A stretch of DNA of 63,951 nt, counting the filler, from an uncultured bacterium (lineage in GTDB: Bacteria; DAOPZR01): assembly GCA_964637655.1 (NCBI GenBank). It is 4 parts of 4 records of this genome, joined end to end, with 100 filler letters (N's around TTAATTAATTAA, not from the genome) between each part and the next. Parts side by side here need not be neighbours in the genome. Positions count along the whole stretch, not along the records: positions 35,425 to 52,245 come from CAZWUZ010000041.1; 3 more parts are not named here. One strand, given 5' to 3'. Positions 38,221 through 48,647 of the stretch are shown piece by piece (the stretch's first letter is position 1; every line of letters starts with the position of its first letter). A model generated the notes under the pieces. That model was not told the DNA's origin. It did not search any database and saw only the letters and a program-made list of their open reading frames with translations. A program made the position numbers and the translations under genes.

Positions 38221-39570
38221 ATGTTCCGTGTGTGCCTTACTGTAGGGATTATCGTCATCGCCTGCTGCCTGCCGGGCGCGGTGTCGGGTGCCGAACTGGC
38301 GCTCGACGACTGCATCACGCGCGCGCTGCAGCACAACTATGCCGTGCGCATCGCCCGCGGCGGGCAGGAAATCGCCGAGCAGGGGGTGGTCGCCGCGCGC
38401 GCCGGCCTGCTGCCGACGGTGAGCGCCACCGCGACGAGCCGCGAACTGGACAACTACGGCGCTTCCGCCTCAGGCACCGGCATCGACGGCAACAATACCG
38501 CGCTCTCGGTGAGCGTCACGCAGCCGCTCTTCACCTTCGGCAAACGCAGCGGCGCCTATGAACTGGCGCAACTGGGGGTCGACGACGCGGTGCATGCCGA
38601 GACCGTGGCGGCCAACGAGCTGGTCTTCGAGGTGACGCAGACCTGGTACGAGGCGCTGCTGACACGCGAACTGGCGGTTATCGCGCGCGATGCCTTTGCG
38701 CTGGCGGATACGCAGGCGCAGTTCGCGGAGAAGCGCTTCCGTCACGGCTACGTCTCCGAGTTCGACCTGCTCCGCGCACGCACCAACCGCGCGGGGAAGG
38801 AACCGGCGATCATCGCCGCCGAGAACCAGCAGTCGATCGCGCGCACGCGCATGCTGACGCTGCTCAACGACGGCAGCCGCGATTTTGCGCCGCTTGGCGA
38901 TTTGGCCGTGGCGGTGCGCGACCTCGACGAAACGGCGGCGGTGCAGGCGGCGCTGGCGGCCAACCCGCAGCTCGAGCGCCTGCGCGTCGGGCTGGCGCGC
39001 GCCGACCGCAACGTGCAGTACGCGCGCAGCCAGCACTATCCCGACCTCTCGGCCAACTATACCTTCAACCGCCAGCGCACCGACTACACCGTGGCGGGAC
39101 GCGACTACCCGGCGGGCTACTACTCCGACTGGGCCGCGGGCGTGACGCTGAGCATCCCCATCTTCTCGGGCTACGCCACGCAGGCGGGGGTGGACAAGGC
39201 GGAAGCGGAAGCGAAGCAGCTGCGCGACCTGATGGCGCAGAGCGAGGAGCAGGTCGCGCTCGAAGTGCAGACCATTGTCAAGAACCTGCGCGAGCACGTG
39301 CAGGTGATCCGCGCCAGCGAGGAGTCGGTGCAGCTCGCGCAGCGCGCGCTGCGCATGGCGCGGGTGAGTTATGACAACGGGCTGTCGACCACGCTCGATG
39401 TCGCGCAGGCCGAGGTGGCGCTGACCGCCGCGCGCACCGACCTGGCCAAGGCGCGCTACGGCTATCTCGTCAATGCCGCCGCGCTCGATGCCGCCACCGG
39501 CGGCAACGCGGAGTATATCCGCGCCATCAACCCCTCCGCCACCCGCGGCACCACCATTGCCACCCGCTAA
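38221..39570 (+). CDS. TolC-family outer membrane efflux protein
   Basis: Signal peptide, ALQHN, LLP.VS, QPLFTFG, SIPIFSG; two OEP repeats. Confidence 0.92.
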   Translation: MFRVCLTVGIIVIACCLPGAVSGAELALDDCITRALQHNYAVRIARGGQEIAEQGVVAARAGLLPTVSATATSRELDNYGASASGTGIDGNNTALSVSVTQPLFTFGKRSGAYELAQLGVDDAVHAETVAANELVFEVTQTWYEALLTRELAVIARDAFALADTQAQFAEKRFRHGYVSEFDLLRARTNRAGKEPAIIAAENQQSIARTRMLTLLNDGSRDFAPLGDLAVAVRDLDETAAVQAALAANPQLERLRVGLARADRNVQYARSQHYPDLSANYTFNRQRTDYTVAGRDYPAGYYSDWAAGVTLSIPIFSGYATQAGVDKAEAEAKQLRDLMAQSEEQVALEVQTIVKNLREHVQVIRASEESVQLAQRALRMARVSYDNGLSTTLDVAQAEVALTAARTDLAKARYGYLVNAAALDAATGGNAEYIRAINPSATRGTTIATR

Positions 39571-39591
39571 GGAGAGGGCCATACTGGCTGA

Positions 39592-39797
39592 GTGCAACCG
39601 TGACCGTGCACAGCGCGGCGAGGTGGTTGCACGAAGCGAGCTTGCCCCGTAGGGGGCGCCCGGGAAAGGGGCCATACTAGCACATTGACACATTCGCAGG
39701 GGGAGACTTATAAGCCGGGTGCAACCGCTACCGTGCACAGCGCGGTCAGGAGGTTGCGCGAAGCAAGGCTGCCCCGGAGGGGGCGCCCGGAACGGGG
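39592..39797. repeat. Two ~79-bp direct repeats with conserved hairpins, separated by a copy of the RAYT-flanking repeat
   Basis: 39592-39671 versus 39719-39797; 39668-39693 is identical to 44542-44567. Confidence 0.75.
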
Positions 39798-39953
39798 TGA
39801 CGAGCGACGCAGCACGGTTCCCCGGGTCGTCCACAGAATTACCCGCAACATGCGTGGCCATATGTGCACTGCGCAGCATGACCGGCACAGTGAACGGCAG
39901 TAAGGGGAAGCTGGCGCGACACACAATGTGCCGACAAATAAAAAGGATATGAC

Positions 39954-41150
39954 ATGAAACGCAAGACGGTTGTGGTGCTGGTGCTGGCAGTGGTGGTGCT
40001 CATATTCGCGGTCGTCATCATGCGCCGCGTACAGGAAAAAAAACAGGCCGCGCAGGGGACGCAGGTGCAGGCGCACCTGGTCGCGGTGACACCGGTGACG
40101 ACCGGCACGGTGTACGACCGTCTCACGGCCACGGCCACGGTGGAGCCGTGGCAGCATGCTGACGTGGCTCCCGAGGTGCAGGGCACGATCCGCGCGCTGC
40201 TGGTGCGCGAGGGGGACCAGGTGCGGGCCGGGCAGGTGCTGGCGCGCATCGATCCCGACCAGCCGGCGACGCAGGTGCAGCAGTTCGCGGCGAGCGTCGA
40301 GGTGTCCCGCGCTAACGTGCGCGCGCTGCAGCATCAGCTGGCCAACGCGACCATTGACCTCGAGCGGGTGAAGAACCTGTTCGCGGAGGGGGTGGAAACG
40401 CGGTACCACCTCGACCAGGTGCAGACGCAGGTCAACACGCTGACGGCGCAGCGCGAACTGGCGCAGGCGCAGGTGCGGCAGGCGGAGGCGTTGCTGGAGA
40501 ACGCGAATGTGACGCTCGGCCGCACGGCGGTCGTGGCCCCCTTTGCGGGGACAATCACCGCGGTGCATCAGGACGCGGGGAACCTCGCGCGCCCGGGGGT
40601 GCCGATCGTCACCGTGCAGCAGGTGCAACCGGTGAAGGTGCGCATCAGCATCCCGTCGCGCGCGCTGCCGCAGGTGCAGGCCGGCATGCCGGTGACGCTC
40701 GTCACCGATGTCTGGCCGGACAGCCCGGTGCAGGCGGCGGTGAGCGTGATCAGCCCGTCACTCGACCCGGCGACGCAGGCGGCCTGGCTGGAGGTCGAGG
40801 TCCCCAACCGTGACCGCCTGCTGCGCGCGGGGATGTTCGCCACGGTGGCGCTGGTGCTCGACCGGCGCGACAGCGTCGTGGTGGTGCCGCGCGAGGCGGT
40901 GTTCCGCTTCGAGGGGCAGGACCGGGCGGTGGTGCTGGACCAGGCCACGAACCGCGTGCACTGGCGCACCGTGGTCCCGGGCCTGCAGGATGCCGACCGC
41001 CTGGAAATCATCAGCGGGCTGCGGCCGGGCGACCTGCTCGTCACCGCCGGTCAGCAGGAAGTGAATGACGGCGACGCGGTGCGCCTGGCGCCGTCCACCC
41101 CGGTGACCGCTGCTGACACGGCGGCCGCGGCCGACACGGCGGCCCGCTGA
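39954..41150 (+). CDS. RND efflux membrane fusion protein
   Basis: V.EGD.V.AGQVLARID, APFAG, LRAGMF. Confidence 0.93.
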   Translation: MKRKTVVVLVLAVVVLIFAVVIMRRVQEKKQAAQGTQVQAHLVAVTPVTTGTVYDRLTATATVEPWQHADVAPEVQGTIRALLVREGDQVRAGQVLARIDPDQPATQVQQFAASVEVSRANVRALQHQLANATIDLERVKNLFAEGVETRYHLDQVQTQVNTLTAQRELAQAQVRQAEALLENANVTLGRTAVVAPFAGTITAVHQDAGNLARPGVPIVTVQQVQPVKVRISIPSRALPQVQAGMPVTLVTDVWPDSPVQAAVSVISPSLDPATQAAWLEVEVPNRDRLLRAGMFATVALVLDRRDSVVVVPREAVFRFEGQDRAVVLDQATNRVHWRTVVPGLQDADRLEIISGLRPGDLLVTAGQQEVNDGDAVRLAPSTPVTAADTAAAADTAAR

Positions 41151-41152
41151 CC

Positions 41153-44100
41153 ATGCGCCTCGTCCGTTTCGCTGTCGACCACCCGGTCTTCACCGTCATG
41201 ATCTACCTGGGCATGCTGGTGCTCGGGCTGATGTCGTTCTACTACCTGCCGATCGACCTGATGCCGGAGATGGAGATGCCGGCGGTCTCGGTCATCACCA
41301 CCTACTCGGGGGCGTCGGCGGTCGATGTCGAATCGGCCGTCACGAGCACCGTCGAGAACGTGCTCGCCACGGTCAACAACCTCGACGAACTCTCCTCGAG
41401 CTCGAAGGAGGGGGTGTCGCTCGTCACCTGCCGCTTCAAGTGGGGCACCGACCTCGCCGAGGCGTCGAACGACATCCGCGATTCGCTCGAGCGCGCCAAG
41501 CGGCTGCTCCCCGACGACATCGAGGACCCGGTCATCTTCAAGTTCAACACCTCGATGATCCCGCTGCTCGGCGTGTCGGTGACCGCGCGGCAGAACTACG
41601 ACGGCATGGAGCGCCTGCTCGAGAACCGCGTCACCGATGTGCTCAAGCGCATTCCCGGGGTGGGGACGGTCGCCGTCATGGGATTGCGCCAGCGCCAGAT
41701 CAACGTCGAGCTCGACCAGCGGCGCTGCGAAGCGTACGGGCTGACCCCGGCGCTGATCGCCGCGGCCATCGCCGCGGAGAACCGCAACGTGCCGACCGGC
41801 TTCCTCAAGTTCGGGCAGAGCGACTACATGCTGCGGGTGCCGGGCGAGTTTGCCGCGGTGGCGGAACTGGCGGAGACGGTCGTCGGGGTGCGGGCCGGGC
41901 AGCCGGTGCGCCTGCGCGACGTGGCGAAGGTGACGGACGGTTTCGTCGAGCGCGGCATGTACATGGAGTCGGACCGCAACCCGTACACCGCCTTCTTCAT
42001 GGTGCAGAAGCAGTCGGGGGCCAACACCGTGGCCATCGCGCGCGCGGTGCGGGCGCGCCTCGACGAAATCGCCCCGACGCTGCCGGCGGACATGCAGGTG
42101 AAGACGGTGTTCGACACCTCGGACTTCATCCTCATGGCGGTCGACCAGCTGTACGGATCGGTGCTGATGGGCGGCATCTTCGTCGTGCTGGTGGTGATGC
42201 TCTTCCTGCGCCGCGTGCGCAGCAGCATCATCATCGCGCTCGCCATCCCCTCGTCGCTGATCATCGCCTTCGTCTTCCTGTTCGCCTTCGACTACACCAT
42301 CAACCTGATGTCGCTCGCCTCGCTGGCCATCGCCATCGGCATGGTCGTCGACAACTCGGTGGTGGTGCTCGACAATATCAGCAAGCAGCTCGAACGCGGG
42401 GTGCGCCCGCGCGAGGCGGCGATCTACGGCACCGGCGAGGTGGCGGGCGCCGTCACCGCCTCGACCCTGACCACCATCATCACCTTCGTGCCGATCCTGT
42501 TCGTCACCGGGATCACCGGCATCATTTTCAAGCAGCTGGGGGGCTGTATCATCGTAACCATCTGCGTGTCGCTGCTCGTGTCGCTGACGCTGACCCCGAT
42601 GCTCTGCGCGCGCTGGCTCACCACCGGCACCACCGCCTCGCGGCGGCTGACGGCGCTCTTCGCGGCGAGCGAACGCTGGTTCGCCCGCCTCGAGGACCTG
42701 TACCGCGACCTGCTCGACTGGGCGCTGGGCCACCGCACAACCGTGGCGGGTGCCGCCCTCGGGCTGCTCGTCTTTTCTTTCGCCCTTATTCCGCTCTGCG
42801 GCACCGAGTTCACGCCGGAGGAGGACGCGGGGGAGATCCGCGTCACCTACGAACTCCCCGTCGGCACGCGCTACGAGGAGACCGCGCGGGTCGGCCGGCA
42901 GATCGTCGGGCTCGTCGGCGGCCTGGTCCCCGAGCAGCGCATGGTTTTCCTCATGGCCGGCTCCGACCGCAACTCGGGGCGCGCGGGGAGCGGCATGGCC
43001 TCGGGGACCAACATCGGCACGGTGATCATGCGCGTCGGCAGCAAGGTCACACGCGAACGTTCGACGAGGCAGATCGGCGACGCGCTGCGCCCGCACCTGC
43101 TGAACGTGCCGGGGGTGCGCCGCATCTCGCTGATGACCGGCAACCCGATGAGCACGATGCTGACGGGCGGCGGCAAGCCGCTGCAGTACGAGATCCGCGG
43201 CAAGGACCTCGACCTGGCGCTGCGCTATGCGCAGCAGGTGCAGGAGATCTTCCGGCGGACGGCGGGGGCGGATGACGTGCAGCTGTCGCTCGACCTCGGG
43301 CAGCCGGAACTGCGCCTCACCGTCGACCGCGATGCCGCCGCCCGCCTCGGGCTTTCCACCACGCTGATTGCCGACACCGTGCGCGACTACTTCGACGGCA
43401 CGGTGGCCAGCCGCTACCGGGAGGCGGGCGAGGAGTACGACATCCGCGTGCGCCTGGCGGACGCGCGGCGCACCGGGCCGCGCGATTTGACCGGGATCAC
43501 CCTGCGCAGCATGACGGGCGCGGCGGTGCCGCTGACCGCGGTGGCGCGCCTGACCGAGGAGCGCGGTCCGGTCGCCATCGACCGCATCAACCAGGAGCGG
43601 GTCATCAAGATCAGCGCCAACGTCGGCTCCCGCTCGCTCGGGGAGATCGCCGCGGACATCGACGCCGGGCTGGCCGGCATCGCCTTTCCTCCCGAACTGG
43701 CGACCAAGTGGGGCGGGATGGTCAAGGAACAGCAGTCGTCGTTCCGCGACATTTTCCTGCTGCTGGCGCTCGGGATTGTGCTCGTCTACATGGTCATGGC
43801 GGCGCAGTTCGAGTCGCTGCGCGATCCCTTCATCATCATGTTCAGCGTGCCGTTCGCGCTGACCGGGGTCATCCTCGCCATCTTCCTCACCGGCAACACC
43901 ATCTCGCTGATTTCGTTCATCGGACTGATCATGCTCGTCGGGGTGGTGGTCAACAACGCCATCGTCCTCGTCGATTACACCAACCTGCTGCGCGCGCGCG
44001 GCGCCGACGTCTGCACCGCCATCCGCGAGGCGGGGCGCAACCGCCTCCGCCCGGTGCTCGTCACGACCATCACCACGCTGCTCGGGCTCTTCCCGATGGC

Positions 44101-44269
44101 GCTGACCAGGGGGGACGGGTCGGAAACCTGGAGCCCGCTGGGGTGGTCGCTGATCGGCGGGCTGTCGCTGTCGACCCTGGTGACGCTCGTGCTCGTACCG
44201 GTCATCTACAGCTACTTCGAGGAGCGCCGCGGCCGGGCGCTGGCCTGCACGCGGGAGAGTGCGTCATGA
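41153..44269 (+). CDS. RND efflux permease (AcrB/SwrC-like)
   Basis: 1038 aa; GMVVDNSVVVLDN, GVVVNNAIVLVD, RLRPVL.TT. Confidence 0.95.
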   Translation: MRLVRFAVDHPVFTVMIYLGMLVLGLMSFYYLPIDLMPEMEMPAVSVITTYSGASAVDVESAVTSTVENVLATVNNLDELSSSSKEGVSLVTCRFKWGTDLAEASNDIRDSLERAKRLLPDDIEDPVIFKFNTSMIPLLGVSVTARQNYDGMERLLENRVTDVLKRIPGVGTVAVMGLRQRQINVELDQRRCEAYGLTPALIAAAIAAENRNVPTGFLKFGQSDYMLRVPGEFAAVAELAETVVGVRAGQPVRLRDVAKVTDGFVERGMYMESDRNPYTAFFMVQKQSGANTVAIARAVRARLDEIAPTLPADMQVKTVFDTSDFILMAVDQLYGSVLMGGIFVVLVVMLFLRRVRSSIIIALAIPSSLIIAFVFLFAFDYTINLMSLASLAIAIGMVVDNSVVVLDNISKQLERGVRPREAAIYGTGEVAGAVTASTLTTIITFVPILFVTGITGIIFKQLGGCIIVTICVSLLVSLTLTPMLCARWLTTGTTASRRLTALFAASERWFARLEDLYRDLLDWALGHRTTVAGAALGLLVFSFALIPLCGTEFTPEEDAGEIRVTYELPVGTRYEETARVGRQIVGLVGGLVPEQRMVFLMAGSDRNSGRAGSGMASGTNIGTVIMRVGSKVTRERSTRQIGDALRPHLLNVPGVRRISLMTGNPMSTMLTGGGKPLQYEIRGKDLDLALRYAQQVQEIFRRTAGADDVQLSLDLGQPELRLTVDRDAAARLGLSTTLIADTVRDYFDGTVASRYREAGEEYDIRVRLADARRTGPRDLTGITLRSMTGAAVPLTAVARLTEERGPVAIDRINQERVIKISANVGSRSLGEIAADIDAGLAGIAFPPELATKWGGMVKEQQSSFRDIFLLLALGIVLVYMVMAAQFESLRDPFIIMFSVPFALTGVILAIFLTGNTISLISFIGLIMLVGVVVNNAIVLVDYTNLLRARGADVCTAIREAGRNRLRPVLVTTITTLLGLFPMALTRGDGSETWSPLGWSLIGGLSLSTLVTLVLVPVIYSYFEERRGRALACTRESAS

Positions 44270-44562
44270 CCATGATCATGCTGATCTACAACGAGACGCT
44301 GGAGAGCGAGATGCTGGCCTTCCTGGCCGCACAGGGTGTGACCAAGTTCACCGAACTGGTTGAGGCGCGCGGGCATGGTGACGCGGGCGGGACGCATCTG
44401 GGGACGGCCGTTCACCCGTCGCTCAACCGCGTCCGCTACATGGCCATGGCGGAGGAACAGGCCGCCGCCCTCATGACCGCCCTGGGCACGTTCCGCGCAC
44501 AATGGAAAGCAGAAGGCGTGCAGGCATTTTCCTGGCCGATGGGGGCCATACTAGCACATTGA
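44266..44562 (+). CDS. PG0541-family (PII-like) transporter-associated protein
   Basis: MIMLIYN...FT....RGHG..G.HLGT..HP..N; ATGA overlap with the RND gene; 3' end lies inside the inverted repeat. Confidence 0.7.
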   Translation: MTMIMLIYNETLESEMLAFLAAQGVTKFTELVEARGHGDAGGTHLGTAVHPSLNRVRYMAMAEEQAAALMTALGTFRAQWKAEGVQAFSWPMGAILAH

Positions 44563-45755
44563 CACATGTTATCCACAGAGTTATCCACAAAAAAGCGTCA
44601 ATATATTGACACTACGCGTGAGGACTGGCGAAGCAACCACGCACGGTGGATGGCAGTACCGTTGTCACAGTAGCATACGTAAAAAACGGTTGCGCGATAG
44701 TGGCGAATGTGCTACACTGTACCCATGCGCGGACCACGGATTGCCTACCCGAACGCCGTCTACCATGTCATTAATCGCTTTGTCGATAAGCATCCCTTTT
44801 TCCGCTCTGACGCCGATTATCGTTCGTTTCTTGCGGTCTATCAGGAAGTAGCGGAAGCGTTCGGGGTTATCACCTATGCCTACGCGCTGATGCCAAACCA
44901 CTTCCATTTCCTTATCGAGACCCCGCAGCCGAACATCTCCGCTTTTCTGCAGCGCTTTCTCTCCCATGCCGTGCCGCAACTCAATCGCCGCAGCGGCCGT
45001 ACCGGGCACCTGATGCAGGGGCGGAGCAAGACGCTGCTGGTCCAGTCAGAGTCGTATTTTATTACCGCATTTGAATATGTGCTCACCAACCCGATGCGTT
45101 CGGGTCTCGCGCCGCGCATCACCGGCTACCCCTGGTCGAGCGCGGACGATATGCTCAACAAGGAGCCGCAACTGGTCGATCGTGACCTGCTGGCGCAGCG
45201 CCTGTGGCCGAACGAACAGCGGCGCGGGGGGCGGCTCATCGCCCGCCTGGAGAAACTGCTGGCCGGAATCGACGCGGACGAGGTGGAGAAGAGGTTTGCC
45301 GCGGCGCATCGCGGTCCGTTCCTGGGGGACGAAGCCTTCCGCCGGCGCGTGCTCAAGCAGGTGGAGCGCCGCAAACAGCAGGGGAGCGGTTTGCGGCGGC
45401 GTCAGGACCGTCCGAAATCCCCCTACACCTATGCTCAGGTGGTGCAGGCGGTACGCGCGGTGCTTGACGCAGAACCGGAACTCAACGGCTTGTGGCGTTC
45501 GCCCGACCTGGCCCGCCGCGATTTGCAGTGGTATGTCATGTACCAGCATGCCGGCTGGAAATGGGCGCAACTCGTTGTGGCAGAACGAAATGCGGGCATG
45601 TCCCGGTCTGTGTTCTCCATGGTTGTCAGCCGCATGCGCCGTGACGAACCGAAACGCCACGCGGTGGAATGCGTCCTGCGGCACTTGTCACTCACCGCCA
45701 CATGAAATGTTGATACATTGTGGATAACATGTGTCAATGTGTCAGTATGGCCCCC
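44541..45755. mobile_element. Y1/RAYT element bounded by 37-bp inverted repeats containing DnaA boxes
   Basis: 44541-44577 versus 45719-45755, 35/37 match; TTATCCACA at 44569 and 44581, TGTGGATAA at 45719. Confidence 0.75.
44725..45705 (+). CDS. REP-associated tyrosine (HUH, Y1) transposase with a C-terminal helical/HTH extension
   Basis: YHVINR, YALMPNHFHFL (HUH), GHLMQGR, YVLTNPMRSG, YPWSS. Confidence 0.9.
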   Translation: MRGPRIAYPNAVYHVINRFVDKHPFFRSDADYRSFLAVYQEVAEAFGVITYAYALMPNHFHFLIETPQPNISAFLQRFLSHAVPQLNRRSGRTGHLMQGRSKTLLVQSESYFITAFEYVLTNPMRSGLAPRITGYPWSSADDMLNKEPQLVDRDLLAQRLWPNEQRRGGRLIARLEKLLAGIDADEVEKRFAAAHRGPFLGDEAFRRRVLKQVERRKQQGSGLRRRQDRPKSPYTYAQVVQAVRAVLDAEPELNGLWRSPDLARRDLQWYVMYQHAGWKWAQLVVAERNAGMSRSVFSMVVSRMRRDEPKRHAVECVLRHLSLTAT

Positions 45756-45819
45756 TGTGTGGCCCCCTGTTTCGGGGGTTGGCGCGGGAATTGGCAGTGT
45801 GGTATAGTTTCGTGGGAGG

Positions 45820-46146
45820 ATGTTTATGGGCATTGACCAGTCGCTGGTGGAGGAGATCGTCCGCCGGATCGTCACGGTTGCCGCACCACAGCTGATTATC
45901 ATGTTCGGCTCGGCCGCGGCCGGCACCATGAATCGGGATAGCGATATAGACCTCCTGGTGGTCGAGGACCGGCCGGCCAACCCGCGCGCTGAAAGCGTGC
46001 GTCTGCGTGAAGCGCTGCGTGGCCTGGGCTACCCGTTCGACATCATTGTCATGTCGGCAGAGCGTTTTGCGGAAACCCGCGACGTCATTGGCGGCATCGC
46101 ATACCCGGCCTCACGCCATGGGCGGGAGATCTATGCGGCCGCCTGA
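45820..46146 (+). CDS. MNT (minimal nucleotidyltransferase) antitoxin
   Basis: IIMFGSAAAG...DSDIDLLVV. Confidence 0.9.
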   Translation: MFMGIDQSLVEEIVRRIVTVAAPQLIIMFGSAAAGTMNRDSDIDLLVVEDRPANPRAESVRLREALRGLGYPFDIIVMSAERFAETRDVIGGIAYPASRHGREIYAAA

Positions 46147-46537
46147 TGAAGTGCGTCACGAACTGGTGATGCAATGGCGGACAAAGGCAGATGCGGATTT
46201 CCGGTTGGCCGAACATCTGCATGGCGAACAGGCGCCGTTTGCCGAAGCCATCGCCTTTCATTGCCAGCAGGCGGCGGAAAAATACCTCAAGGCGTTGTTG
46301 ACGGCGCACCAGCGGCAATTCCCGAAAACCCACGACATCGCACAGCTGCTTGACCTGCTGGCTGCGGTCGACGCGCCTCTGACCGCGCAGCTACGTCCGG
46401 CTGAAGCGCTGACGCCCTACGGCGTCATGATGCGCTACCCGGGTGATGCCCCGGAACTGATCGCGGAAGAAACGGAAGCAGCCCTGGCATATGCCCGTTT
46501 GGTCCGGCAGGCAGTACTCAGTACGCTGCCGGCATAA
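46133..46537 (+). CDS. HEPN domain protein (MNT-HEPN pair)
   Basis: W..KA..D, FHCQQAAEKYLKA, PKTHDI, RYPG. Confidence 0.9.
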   Translation: MRPPDEVRHELVMQWRTKADADFRLAEHLHGEQAPFAEAIAFHCQQAAEKYLKALLTAHQRQFPKTHDIAQLLDLLAAVDAPLTAQLRPAEALTPYGVMMRYPGDAPELIAEETEAALAYARLVRQAVLSTLPA

Positions 46538-46540
46538 CCC

Positions 46541-47428
46541 ATGAAGGTACTGATACTCGGGGGCGGGGGAATCATCGCCCACTACCTCAACCGCAGCGCG
46601 CCGGCCGGCACGCAGCTGACGCTGGTCTGGCATAAGCAGCAGCCGCAACCCGGCAGCGCCACCCTCCGCCGCTGCGACCTGACCCGCAGTGAGGACGTGC
46701 GCACGCTGCTGCGTGAGACACATCCCGACGTCATCTTCGACGCGGCAGGGCAGAGCAATGTCGACGCCTGCGAGCAGCACCCCGCCACCGCGCGCGCGAG
46801 CAACGTCGATGCCACGCGCCACGTGCTCACGGCCCTGCGCGAATACCCGTCGCGCCTCATCTACCTGTCGACCAACGCGGTCTATGACGGGCAGCACGCC
46901 CCCTACCGCGAGGACTCGCCGCGCGACCCGGTCAACACCTACGGCCGCATCAAGAAGGAATGCGAGAACCTCGTCAGCGCGGCGGGGCAGAGCATCGCCC
47001 GCCTCATCCTCACCCTCGGCTGGTCACCCGCCTCGTCGCGCACCAACCCGCTCCCGTGGATGGTCAGCACGCTGCGCGCGGGCAAAACGCTCAACCTCGT
47101 GCATGACGTGCGCGAAAACGTGCTCCCCGCCCCCTTTGCCGCACAGGCGCTCTGGCAGCTTGCGGCCACCGGCTTCCGCGGCACGCTCAATATCGCCGGC
47201 AGCGAAGTCGTCAGCCGCGCGGAGCTCGGCCTGCGCGTGGCGCGGGTCTTCGGCTTCGACGAGTCGCTTATCCATCCCGTCCCGGGCAGTTTCTTCCCCA
47301 CGATCGCCCCCCGTCCTGCGGACACCTCCTACAACACGACGAAACTGCGCGGCCTCGGCCTGACCCCGCCTCCCCTCGACGACGCGCTGGCCCAGCTGCG
47401 CGACATGCAACCGCACAACGGAGGATAG
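46541..47428 (+). CDS. RmlD-like SDR (dTDP-4-dehydrorhamnose reductase family)
   Basis: [37 protein letters not shown]. Confidence 0.85.
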   Translation: MKVLILGGGGIIAHYLNRSAPAGTQLTLVWHKQQPQPGSATLRRCDLTRSEDVRTLLRETHPDVIFDAAGQSNVDACEQHPATARASNVDATRHVLTALREYPSRLIYLSTNAVYDGQHAPYREDSPRDPVNTYGRIKKECENLVSAAGQSIARLILTLGWSPASSRTNPLPWMVSTLRAGKTLNLVHDVRENVLPAPFAAQALWQLAATGFRGTLNIAGSEVVSRAELGLRVARVFGFDESLIHPVPGSFFPTIAPRPADTSYNTTKLRGLGLTPPPLDDALAQLRDMQPHNGG

Positions 47429-47429
47429 C

Positions 47430-48576
47430 ATGACGCTCGACGACGATGCGGAACTGGCGGCAGTTATCGCCCGGCTCGAGACGGAAGTGCTCGGCCGTAC
47501 CCGCCTGCCGCGCTACCGCGCGCGCCTCGTGCGCGGGACTCCGGCCGAGAGCATCGACTGGGGCGTGCGCCTGCTGGGCGCGCCCGATATCTGGAAACTG
47601 TCGCAGGGTGAAGGCGTCGCCGTCGCCGTGCTCGATACCGGCTGCGCGGTCGCGCACCATGATCTTGCCGGGGCCGTGCGCCGGCGCGGCAAAAAGCACC
47701 TCGGCGTCAACTTCACCTCTGCCAGGCGCGACGATTTCCTCGACCGCCATGACCACGGCACCCACTGCTGCGGCATCATCGCCGCGCGCCGCAACGACCG
47801 CGGCATCATCGGCGTCGCCCCCGCGGCGCACCTCGACATTGTCATGCTCGTCCGCGCCGGCCGGCACGTCGGGGAACGGGATGTTGGGCAGGCCGGCGAG
47901 CAGGTCGTGCAGGTCGCCGGAGACGGCGCGCTCGACCTCNNNNNNNNNNCTCGGCCCGGTGAAGATCCTCGACGATAACGGCGGCGGGCAGCTCGCCTGG
48001 CTCGTGCAGGGCATCCGCTGGTGCATCAGCAATGCCGCCCGGCATAAAATAAAAGTGCTCTCGCTCTCGCTGGGCGCCCCTGACGGCGCCCCGGTTCTGC
48101 GCCGGGCGCTCGTCGACGCGAAAGCGGCCGGGCTGATCACCGTCTGCGCCGCCGGCAACGAGGGGAACAGCAGCGATCTCGGCTACCCCGCCCGCTACGC
48201 CGGGGAGCAGCTCTGCCTCGCGGTCGGGGCTGTGCGCAGCGACAAGCATATCACCGACTTTTCCAACACCGGGCGCGGCATGTCGCGCATGGGCCTCGTC
48301 GCCCCCGGCTTCGAGGTCCTCTCGACTGTCACCCGCAACCGCTACGCGCGTTTTTCCGGCACCTCGATGGCCGCGCCGCATGTCGCCGGCATCCTCGCGC
48401 TGGCCATCGCCAAGCACCTGCGCTACGGCGGCAAGACGCCGCTGACCAATCTCGATCAGGCCTACGAGCATCTGCGGCGCTTCACGCAGGACCTCGGCAA
48501 CCGCGGCCGCGACAAGGTCTATGGCCTCGGCCTCCCCGTGCTGACCGAGCGCAACTTCACCGCCCTGCGCGCCTGA
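47430..48576 (+). CDS. Subtilisin-like S8 serine peptidase (interrupted by an assembly artefact)
   Basis: [32 protein letters not shown]; reads APAAHL/GPVKIL if 47836-47953 is removed. Confidence 0.88.
47824..47939 (-). other. serS: Foreign seryl-tRNA synthetase fragment (probable chimeric read)
   Basis: Minus strand encodes [39 protein letters not shown], a SerRS signature. Confidence 0.75.
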
Positions 48577-48647
48577 GTCAGTGCCAACGGTGAAACGGTG
48601 AACGAGTGATGCTGTCCTTTGTGGTATAATCGAAAAGGGTGGTGAGC

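Noticed and set aside
44569-44589. Chromosomal origin oriC
   Set aside because: Only two adjacent DnaA boxes plus one in the opposite repeat; no dnaA/dnaN/gidA context or clear unwinding region.
39668-45755. 6-kb composite transposon carrying the RND pump
   Set aside because: The repeats could bound it, but the cognate tolC lies outside and no target duplication is visible; local repeat spread is simpler.
45820-46537. MNT-HEPN pair as a novel system
   Set aside because: A common, well-described module.
47430-48576. Protease as a true pseudogene or intron-containing gene
   Set aside because: The interruption abuts an N gap and is a serS fragment; an assembly artefact is more parsimonious.
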